A DNA stretch of 64,000 nucleotides from Methanobacteriota archaeon (lineage in GTDB: Archaea; Thermoplasmatota; Thermoplasmata; SG8-5; JAGLSY01), in contig JAEHCO010000003.1 in NCBI GenBank assembly GCA_020697715.1, positions 105,908 to 169,907 of the forward strand. Direction: 5' to 3'. This document shows positions 47,587-56,600 of the stretch, piece by piece. Both the position numbers and the translations under genes were made by a program. The notes beneath the pieces are model-generated. The model did not search any database. It saw nothing but the letters and a program-made list of their open reading frames with translations, and was not told where the DNA came from. Position 1 is the first letter of the stretch, and every line of letters starts with the position of its first letter.

Positions 47587-48924
47587 TCACCTCATGTTCT
47601 TTATCGCATTCTCTGAAGCATTTACCAGTTGGTAGGCTATGGGCGATGCTGTGACTGCTGGATGTGTTCCGATCTGGAAAGTGGCCAGGTCATCAAAGGT
47701 CATCTTTTTCTGAATGCAGGCGCTTACGGTGTTTATCAATTCTCCAGCACTGGAGCCACCTCGTATCTGACCCCCAATTATTTCACCAGTTCTCTTATTA
47801 AATGTTAATTTGACCTTCATCTTCGACATGCCAGGCATTCCACCAGGATGTCTATTTGGAGCTTCTGCTTCACCACATGTTATCTCATAACCCCTTTCTT
47901 TTGCGAGGTCTTCTGTTAGGCCAGCCATGGCAAATACCTTATCTCCGATGGCAGTTGAGAATACTCCAACAGCTCCGTAATTGTGCCTTCTGGGACTGAA
48001 AAGATTGGCTCCAGCTATCCTGGCTTCCATTGTCGCTATTGATGCAAGTCTTAACCCTATCTGCCTTCCTGTGAAGAAAGATGTCTTGCTTGTACAATCC
48101 CCGCAAGCGAAGATATTGTCATCCGAGGTTCTCATATTCTTGTCTACAACTATTCCTCCTCGATTCACATCAAGGCCTGCATCTGCTGCTAATTTTGAAT
48201 TTGGCTTGACACCAACTCCCACTATCAAAAGATCCGCCTTCAATTCCTGACCATTGGATAATCTAACACTGGAAATTGACTCGTCTCCATTGACCTCTTC
48301 AAGCTTGACACCTGTTATGATATTCACGCCTCTTTCCTTCAGAGCCTCTCCAGCCTCGATACACAGATCCTCCTCGAAGGCCAGCATCAGACAATGTGGC
48401 ATAAGCTCAACAATTGTCACATTCGCATCTCTGTTCTTCTTGCATTCATCAGCGAACTCGACACCGATGAATCCGCCACCCAGTATCACGATGTCCTTTG
48501 CATCGTTCACTGCATCCAGCATCTTGTTAAGATGATTCACTTCCTTTTTCACGGTGAAGACATTCTTCTTATCCAACCCAGGTATCGGCAGATCAAGAGG
48601 CTCCGAGCCTATAGCCATGATGAGCTTGTCATATCTCACTTCTTCGCCATTAGCTGTGCTTACTATCTTCTGAGTTTTGTCTATACTCTTTACCTCGTCT
48701 ATCAATAACTCTATTTCATTGTTGGACAGAACACCATCTGGTATCATATTGTTGTCAGGGGAATTCACGGTCCCATAGATATATGGAATTCCACAGGGTA
48801 TCTGGACCTGCTTTTCTTTCCTTATCAACATTACATTCTTTTCTGGATAGTGCCTACGGCAAGTTATGGCCGCGGGTATTCCAGCTGCGCTCCCTCCGAT
48901 AACTACTACATCTGTTTGTTTCAT
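47587..48924 (-). CDS. FAD-dependent pyridine nucleotide-disulfide oxidoreductase (NADH oxidase/CoA-disulfide reductase family)
   Basis: GGSAAG FAD motif. Redox-active Cys in IPCGIPY. Second dinucleotide motif ILGGGFIGVE. I chose the start at MKQTD. Confidence 0.8.
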   Translation of the reverse strand: MKQTDVVVIGGSAAGIPAAITCRRHYPEKNVMLIRKEKQVQIPCGIPYIYGTVNSPDNNMIPDGVLSNNEIELLIDEVKSIDKTQKIVSTANGEEVRYDKLIMAIGSEPLDLPIPGLDKKNVFTVKKEVNHLNKMLDAVNDAKDIVILGGGFIGVEFADECKKNRDANVTIVELMPHCLMLAFEEDLCIEAGEALKERGVNIITGVKLEEVNGDESISSVRLSNGQELKADLLIVGVGVKPNSKLAADAGLDVNRGGIVVDKNMRTSDDNIFACGDCTSKTSFFTGRQIGLRLASIATMEARIAGANLFSPRRHNYGAVGVFSTAIGDKVFAMAGLTEDLAKERGYEITCGEAEAPNRHPGGMPGMSKMKVKLTFNKRTGEIIGGQIRGGSSAGELINTVSACIQKKMTFDDLATFQIGTHPAVTASPIAYQLVNASENAIKNMR

Positions 48925-49025
48925 CCATCTAACCTTCTTAACGATTTTTAACACTGTTATTAACAGCGTTACGTACAATGGCCGATGGTTTATAAAACCC
49001 TACGATAATGATAGTTAAGTTTTAA

Positions 49026-49853
49026 TCAATTCCTCGAATCCTCAATGTTCTTGATTATATCCATGAAGGCTTTGGCAGAATCCGTATTTCCCTTAACAAC
49101 TGGATTACCAGAATCACCCATGATCACCATTTGTGGGTCAACAGGAACTGCTCCCAGGAAAGCGACATCCATTTCTTTGGCTGTTCTTTCTCCTCCACCT
49201 ATCTTGAAAAGGTCTATGGTCTCCGAGCAATGAGGGCATTTGAAACCACTCATGTTCTCGATTATCCCGAGAACCGGCATCTTCAAGGCTCTTGCGAAGC
49301 TCACTGATTTTCTCGAATCCAGAAGGGCAACATCCTGAGGCGTTGAGACGATGATCGCCTCGGCCTGGGGTATCTTCTGGGCAATACTGAGAGGTTCGTC
49401 CCCTGTTCCGGGTGGTAGATCCACGACCAGGTAGTCTAATTCACCCCAATTGAAATCTCCCAAGAACTGATCGATAAGCTGCATCTTCATAGCCCCTCTC
49501 CATATGACTGGTGCATCTTTATCCGGAAGCAGGAAGGCCATGGACAATACGCTGAGATTATCTGATACTTTGATGGGCTTCAGTGTTTCATCATCCAATT
49601 CCAGTTCTCTATCTTCTATGCCCAGCATCTTCGGAACATTAGGTCCATGAATATCAACATCCATGAGACCGACCTTATAGCCTTGGTCTGCAAGACCTGT
49701 GGCCAGGTTCACGGCTACAGTGGTCTTTCCAACCCCGCCTTTTCCGCTCATTATTATCAGCTTGTTCTTGATCTTGCTGATATTGTACATAATTCTTGCA
49801 TTCAGTTCCGCTGCTTCTTTGTTGGGTGCGCCCATACCACATGATTCTGCCAT
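49026..49853 (-). CDS. apbC: Mrp/NBP35/ApbC Fe-S cluster carrier ATPase
   Basis: MSGKGGVGKTT and CPHCSETIDLF (CxxC). I chose the start at MAESCG. Confidence 0.85.
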   Translation of the reverse strand: MAESCGMGAPNKEAAELNARIMYNISKIKNKLIIMSGKGGVGKTTVAVNLATGLADQGYKVGLMDVDIHGPNVPKMLGIEDRELELDDETLKPIKVSDNLSVLSMAFLLPDKDAPVIWRGAMKMQLIDQFLGDFNWGELDYLVVDLPPGTGDEPLSIAQKIPQAEAIIVSTPQDVALLDSRKSVSFARALKMPVLGIIENMSGFKCPHCSETIDLFKIGGGERTAKEMDVAFLGAVPVDPQMVIMGDSGNPVVKGNTDSAKAFMDIIKNIEDSRN

Positions 49854-50194
49854 TTTCCATTCCTCCAAGATACATTTGAGTATACCTGGTATCAACCCGT
49901 CAAAGTATTTATTATTATAACCTTAACGCCATTAACAATATTAAATAATTAATAAAAAGTGTGGGGTCGACCATCATTCGGTCGATCCCATTGTTCTACG
50001 ACCTCTGCCGCGTCCCCTTCCAGCTCCACGACCACGTCCACCGCCTCCACGGGCCATGCCCATCCTTCCTTCGGGGTTCGTGTATCCTGGTTCTTCTTTT
50101 CCAGCGCAGTATCCCATACCGCGCCCTGTCTTTGGTCCTTGACCTTCTGGCCCTGTTTTATCTCCTCTTGGTATCTTCTCACCTCCTTTTTCTT

Positions 50195-50596
50195 TTATTT
50201 TTCTGCCTGGGTCGAATGCCTTCTTCCACGTCCCCTGCGACGATAAGGAAATTGGCTATCAATTTCCTTATCGTCCATCTCTCCCACAATGGAATAGGAG
50301 CCGCCGGCTATCCTTATAGCACAGCCATTGACCAGTGCGAAGGCGACCTTTCGTCTCGCCTCCATCAGATCGTTCCAGAATGTCCTTCTGGACACGCCCA
50401 TTTCCATCGAGGCCTCTTCTTGGGTAAGCCCCTCTATGTCTGTGAGTCTCAGTGCCTCTACCTCTACTATGGTCAGGACAATGGTTCTCATATCATCGCG
50501 AGAAACTCCCACAGGATTGAAGAAGGTGGTCTCTGGCACATTACTGACCCATCTTGGGTTTCGTCCTCTACCTCGGCCACGTCCTCTTCCAGGCAT
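50195..50596 (-). CDS. DUF134 (UPF0251) sigma-70-region-4-like DNA-binding protein with RG-rich termini
   Basis: Core IVLTIVEVEALRLTDIEGLTQEEASMEMGVSRRTFWNDLMEARRKVAFAL. N-terminus MPGRGRGRGRGR. C-terminus RRRGRGRR. Confidence 0.7.
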   Translation of the reverse strand: MPGRGRGRGRGRNPRWVSNVPETTFFNPVGVSRDDMRTIVLTIVEVEALRLTDIEGLTQEEASMEMGVSRRTFWNDLMEARRKVAFALVNGCAIRIAGGSYSIVGEMDDKEIDSQFPYRRRGRGRRHSTQAEK

Positions 50597-50681
50597 AATA
50601 TTACATATATGAGAAGAAATATATAAACTTTTTGGCATATTTGAGCAATTAAGCTTCAATTATGTAAGATATACACCCCAT

Positions 50682-53579
50682 CTATTTTTCTAGCTCATCA
50701 AGCACTTTCTGAACCTTATCAATATTTTTTTGGTCGCCCATTTTCTCATATTTTTCTTTGGACATATTTAAAAATTCAATAGACTGGATCTTATCACCTT
50801 TCTTTTTCCACAAGAGGCCGAAATTATAGTAAAGGTCCGAGAGTTGATTGTGTTCGAGCTCTTCCATTATCTCTCTAGACATCTGTAGATTCTCTTCAGC
50901 TATATCCAGGTCATCCAGAGCCATGTATGCTGTGCCAAGATTGAGATAGCTCATACCCATGCCATCCTTGGTCTTGATCTCCTGAGAGACCTCCAAAGCG
51001 AGCTTTGCATTTTCCAGAGCATCATCTACCTTACCAGATATCAAATTCAACTCGCACAGGCCGTTATAACAGTATATGATGATATATTTGAAGTCATATT
51101 TCAAGCAGATGTCCTTTGCCTCGGTCGTTATCTCGATGGCACGCTCGAACTCTTCCTTTATGTAATAGGCCACATTCATATTGACAAGAGAAATGGCCGC
51201 CCCTCTCATATCCCCTATTTGCTTCTCGATGCTCACACTCTGTTCGAGATAGGGAATTGCATTATCCGCCTCCCCTCTTCCAAGATAGACAGATCCAATA
51301 TTGGCGAGGGTATTTGCCTCCCCCATCTTATTTCCAAGTTTCTTCGCAACTTCAATTGCTATTTCATAATATTCAAGGGCTTCCTTGTATTCACCCTTTC
51401 TGGCATACACATTTCCAATATTGTTCACGGTCGCTGATTCTCCAGATATATCATTTACTTCTCTTCGATGATCCAATGCCTTCTGTAGATTATTCAATGC
51501 TCCATCATAGTCACCTTGATACAGAAGGGTCGATCCCAAGATATGATATATCCTGCCCATCTCCCATTTATTCTTCAGTTTGTCAGCTATATCCAGGCTC
51601 TTTTTGAGTATAGCCTTTGCCTCATCATAATCTCCCTTTCTCATTTCAATATTACCAAGGGTGGTGTACAGCTTCGTCTTTTCAATGCTGATATTATCGG
51701 CCAGCAATGAAAGGCCGATATTACATTCTTCCTTCCCACTATCGAATTCGCTCTTCTTCTCGTACACATCGGCGATCTTCCTGTGGACATTCGCCCTGTG
51801 GCTGACATCATCGGATGATTCACTAACCGCTCTGTATATGCCGATGGAACCATCGAAATCCCCAGTGACGGAATAAAGGTCACCAAGCCTTTCTTGCAGA
51901 TTTATACTCGGGGTGTAATCCCTCATGGTGCTAATGGCCAGTGCTTTTCTGTAGAACTCGATGGCCTGTTCAGGAGCGAATGTGCTCTCAGCTTTCTCTC
52001 CGGCCTTTATGCAATAATCCAAAGCCTTTCTGTGCTCATTGCTGTTCGCGAAATGCCTGGCAAGATCATACAATGCATCATCTATCCTGTTCTTGTAAGC
52101 TGTTTCATAATATTCTCCAATGCTTTTGTGATATGCAATTTTCCATCTGTCAGTCATGCTATTATATGTGACATTGTGGAAGATGGCGTGGGTGAATTCC
52201 GCCTTCTCATTGTCTATGATTATTATGCCAGAATTCTCAAGGCTGCTGAGTGCCATTCGAGGGTCAACGATGGAGGGCAGGGAGCATACGACATCGCAAC
52301 TGAATTCCTTTCCCATGCAGGAAGCGTATTCCGCAAGGGTCATGGCATCCAGGTCCAGGCTCTGAAGCCTTTGGTGAACCACCCCCTCGACCGAGCTGGG
52401 TATGTTGATGCTAACCCTTTCAAGAACATAAGTGCCATTTGATCCACTTATGTCCCCCTCCTCTTCCATATGCCAGAGTATCTCCTTCACAAAGAGGGGA
52501 TTTCCCTCGCATTTTGATGAAAGGTCTTCATAAAATGTGGATGGGAAGGAATTGTCTGGATAGAGGTCATTCACAATAGCCGATATACCATCACTGCCCA
52601 ATCTGTCGAGCGCCAGTTCATGCAAAGTGCCCTCTTCCTTCATTATCTTGAGCTTCGCCTCTAGGGTTTCACTCTCCGCAGGCCTGGATGTTCCCACAAT
52701 GAGGATATTTTCAAGTCCCACATTACGAGCCAGGTAATTGAGAACAAAGAGAGATGATTCATCCGCCCAGTGCAGATCCTCCAGGATAAGAAGTAATGAT
52801 CTCTCCTGTGTCCGAGCCTGTAAGGATGCCAGCACCTCATCCGCGATCCTTATTCTCTCATCATCCAGGTTCATGTTCTCTATGTCCCGACGCACCATGA
52901 ACTTCGACTCGGCCAATAGCGTGATCTCGTCCTGGACTGGTTTCATCTCGCCCATGCTTCCCGACCAATCTTCAAATAACTGGCTGTCTGCCTCGATAGT
53001 ATCGAGACAGTTCTTCAAGGACGCTCTCATCCCACTATGCTCCGAACCCTTGAAGACCGCGGTGAGAAATAGATGCTCTCCATGCTCGATCAATATGGTC
53101 ATGTCACCGTATTCCAGACGACCAAGCCCAGACATTTTACCGCCTGTATTGACGAACGAATCTCTTATGAACCCCTGTACCGCGGAAAGCATACCTGCGA
53201 AAATATCCGCATCCATATCCCCTTCTCCTGAGGATGCCTGGCCAACTAATAATCCCGCACTATCTACTGCAAAGATCTCTGTGAATTTGATATATTCCTG
53301 GTCTTGGAATAGGGATGAATCATCCCCCAATGCCTTTGAGAATATTTGAAAAGGTATCAGAGAATCCTCGCTTGCCGAGCCAGAAAGTATATCCATATTC
53401 CCATTACTGGCAATGGAGATCAATTCCTCAATAAGCCTGGTCTTACCTATCCCAGCTTCTCCTGATATCAGAATAGTGCTTCCAGAACCTGTGGCCACAT
53501 TATCCAAGCACTGCTGGAGCTGACCCATTTCATTGTCCCTTCCAAATAGCCCCCGGTCTAATATTGGATGATCTAACAT
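50682..53579 (-). CDS. STAND-type P-loop NTPase with C-terminal TPR repeats (putative signal-transduction regulator)
   Basis: Walker A GEAGIGKTRL near the N-terminus. A region of about 350 aa follows, then at least 8 TPR-like repeats (AxxxYxxA pattern). 965 aa. Confidence 0.7.
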   Translation of the reverse strand: MLDHPILDRGLFGRDNEMGQLQQCLDNVATGSGSTILISGEAGIGKTRLIEELISIASNGNMDILSGSASEDSLIPFQIFSKALGDDSSLFQDQEYIKFTEIFAVDSAGLLVGQASSGEGDMDADIFAGMLSAVQGFIRDSFVNTGGKMSGLGRLEYGDMTILIEHGEHLFLTAVFKGSEHSGMRASLKNCLDTIEADSQLFEDWSGSMGEMKPVQDEITLLAESKFMVRRDIENMNLDDERIRIADEVLASLQARTQERSLLLILEDLHWADESSLFVLNYLARNVGLENILIVGTSRPAESETLEAKLKIMKEEGTLHELALDRLGSDGISAIVNDLYPDNSFPSTFYEDLSSKCEGNPLFVKEILWHMEEEGDISGSNGTYVLERVSINIPSSVEGVVHQRLQSLDLDAMTLAEYASCMGKEFSCDVVCSLPSIVDPRMALSSLENSGIIIIDNEKAEFTHAIFHNVTYNSMTDRWKIAYHKSIGEYYETAYKNRIDDALYDLARHFANSNEHRKALDYCIKAGEKAESTFAPEQAIEFYRKALAISTMRDYTPSINLQERLGDLYSVTGDFDGSIGIYRAVSESSDDVSHRANVHRKIADVYEKKSEFDSGKEECNIGLSLLADNISIEKTKLYTTLGNIEMRKGDYDEAKAILKKSLDIADKLKNKWEMGRIYHILGSTLLYQGDYDGALNNLQKALDHRREVNDISGESATVNNIGNVYARKGEYKEALEYYEIAIEVAKKLGNKMGEANTLANIGSVYLGRGEADNAIPYLEQSVSIEKQIGDMRGAAISLVNMNVAYYIKEEFERAIEITTEAKDICLKYDFKYIIIYCYNGLCELNLISGKVDDALENAKLALEVSQEIKTKDGMGMSYLNLGTAYMALDDLDIAEENLQMSREIMEELEHNQLSDLYYNFGLLWKKKGDKIQSIEFLNMSKEKYEKMGDQKNIDKVQKVLDELEK

Positions 53580-53636
53580 AGGTTAACGTAATTGAAATTA
53601 TACTTCATTAACGTTTGTACATTTCAAGTATCGTGC

Positions 53637-56600
53637 TTATTTTTCCTCGTCAATATCAGTTTCCTCGGTTGATGATTCCTCAGAGTCTTCTTCTTCCTCT
53701 TCTTCAAGGTCTTCCTCGTCCTCTGGTTCATCGTCTACTTCTTCATCCTCATCAGATTCTTCAGAGTCTTCCTCTTCGGTTGGTTCTTCTGGCTCTTCAT
53801 CATCCTTCTTCTTGCGTCCAAAGATAAGGATCATTACCAAGACTATGACAACAACGAGAATGATCCACCAGTAGTCTGCCAGGAAATTATCTTCACTGTC
53901 TGCATCGTCATCATCGTCATCGGCTGGATCATCTCCAGTAGGCGTATCATCATCGACATCTGGAACTCCGTCTCCATCATCGTCTGTGTCAGTATTGTCA
54001 CCTACACCATCTCCATCAGTGTCTGTATCTTCGTCAGGATCATCCGGGAAATCATCAGCATTGTCACCTACACCATCCCCGTCTGTGTCTGTGTCCTCAT
54101 CTGGGTCATTCGGGAAGTCATCCTCTGAGTCCGGCACGCCGTCTCCGTCCGTGTCAGTCTCCGTTGTTGTATTATCATCCGTGTCTGGTATTCCGCTTCC
54201 TACTGTGATATTGAAGAATATGGTATCAGATGCTCCTAAGTCATCTTCGGCAGAGAACTGTATTAAGAATGTACCATTTGCAGTTGGGGTCCCTATCAAT
54301 GTACAAGCAGGATCCGTTATATTTGGAACCATGCCAAGCCAGGTATTATTTGTGTTCAATGTCCAGGAAATAGTATCATTCTCATCTATATCTATTACAC
54401 TGATCACAATGCTCCATTCTTCTCCTACTGCTCCATCAGGAACCGTGAAGGTCTCAATAACTGGCGCATCATTGACATTGGTGACTGTCACGGTCACAGT
54501 TGCATTCACAAGCAGACCGCTACCGTCTCCTATAGTGTATGTGAATGTATCCACACCATTGAAATCCGCATCTGGCACATATGTCACATTGAGGCCGGAA
54601 TCGATTATCGCGACCGCGCCATTGATTGGTTGTGTCACTGCAGATATGGTCAATGTGTCTCCATCCAGGTCACTGTCATTATCCAGTACATCGATAGTGG
54701 TCGCAGTGCTGTCCTCATCCACTGTGGCCGTGTCATTTACAGCCACAGGTGCTTGGTTTGGAGCGACAGCTTCTGGCTGAACAGTGACATTCACGGTCGC
54801 TGTATCCGATCCTCCATTTCCATCAATTATGGTATATGTGAATGAATCCGTGCCGCTGAAGTCTGTGTCTGGTGTATAAGATACATTGCCAGTCTCGAGA
54901 ATCACTGCACCGTTCGTACCCTGTGTCACTCCATCGATATTGAGGCTATCGCCATCTATATCTGTATCATTTGCCAGTACATCGATGTATATTATTCCAC
55001 CATTCTCAATGGCTATTGCTGTGTCATCAAAGGCCATAGGCACATCATTGACACTCGTGATGGTCATGCTGACAGTTGCAGTATCTGTCAGACCTTCCAT
55101 ATCCTCTATTGTGTAAGTGAATGAATCCACGCCAAAGTAGTCTGCATTTGGTGTGTAGGACAGATCAGCTCCGCCATTGGTGATGGCAACTACTCCGTTC
55201 GTACCCTGTGTTATGCCTATGATGGTTATGGCATCACCGGCATCTGGGTCATTGTCATTTGCCAATACATCGATAGTGTTCGCTCCACTGTCCTCCAGAA
55301 TAGCCGCAGGTGCATCATTGACCGCGTTTGGAGCTTCATTATTGGCTGTCAGCTCGAAATCCTCATTTGGATAAAGTCCATTGTCTGTGGATGATGCATT
55401 GACATCCACAGTGCAGTTCAGGACATCTTCCACAGCAGATATGACTGTCACGTTTATGCTCCAGTATTCCACTTGCCCAACTGTCATGTTGCCTATCTCC
55501 CATGACAGATTGCTCTGCCCCCAGAAGATCATAGTCTGATTGCTGGAGACATAAAGAACATCAGCTGGCAGGTGTATGGTGGCATTGACCATTGTGGCAT
55601 CTACAGGGCCGTAATTTGTCACTGTCACATTGTAGAACAGGGTGTCGCCTACCATTACTGGATCCGCTGAATCCGTGATATTGATCCCCAGATCTGCAGA
55701 AGGTGGTGGTGTCAGAGCCGCGAATGCCTGCAAGAATGGGTAAGTGTAATTCTCATGAATTCCCCATATCGATGTGAAGTCCCAGTTGGTGAAAGTGGCC
55801 TGCATCATCATCTCAGTTGTGTTATAGGGCGTGATGTCTGGAGCCGGTCCACCACCGATAACTCCAATTTCGATATCTGTACCGGATGTTTGATTGTCGA
55901 AATAACAGTCACTTATACCTCCATTTCCACGATATCCGATGAATCCACCGACCTCTGGCATAGTTCCTGAGGCATTACCTGTGGAATAAGATGTGAAAAC
56001 TCCATTATAGTTCTGGCCTATAAGACCTCCAACATTCTGTAGGCCGATCACATCACCTTGTGCATAGCAATCTGTCACAGAGCTACCCCATTTGTTACCG
56101 ATCAAACCTCCGGCATTATCACCTGTGGCATTTACGTTTCCTGTAGCGAAGGATTGTGATATTTCGATATCTGAAAATCCGCATAGACCGCCTACATCCG
56201 TCACTCCATAGACATTCCCGGTGGCATAGGAAAATGATATGGTGCCTGTCGTGGATCCTACGAGCCCACCATGCCCAGTTCCTCCACTTGATCCGACATT
56301 TCCGGTGCTGTAGGACATGCTCACGGCCCCAGTATTATCGCCAATTAAACCACCAACATTGTTGCCTGTTCCATTGACACTACCAGTACTGTAGCAGTTA
56401 GATACCGTGCCCCCATCATTATATCCTATGAGTCCACCAACATCAATTCCAGTTCCGCTGACACTACCTGTGCTGTGGCAATCCGTGATATCACCATTGC
56501 TCCATCCTGCAAAGCCGCCTGCATAATCCGATGAGCCACTGACGGCTCCTGTGCTGGAACAATTGTCTATTGTTCCAGAAGAAGATCCTGTAAATCCACC

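Noticed and set aside
49949-50182. 77-aa ORF MRRYQEEIKQ...
   Set aside because: GTG start directly abuts AGGAGG with no spacer. Composition is unlike neighbouring genes. Kept only as an alternative in the RGG finding.
53986-54780. 264-aa Ser-rich plus-strand ORF
   Set aside because: Antisense to the D/T/G-rich repeat region of the giant surface protein.
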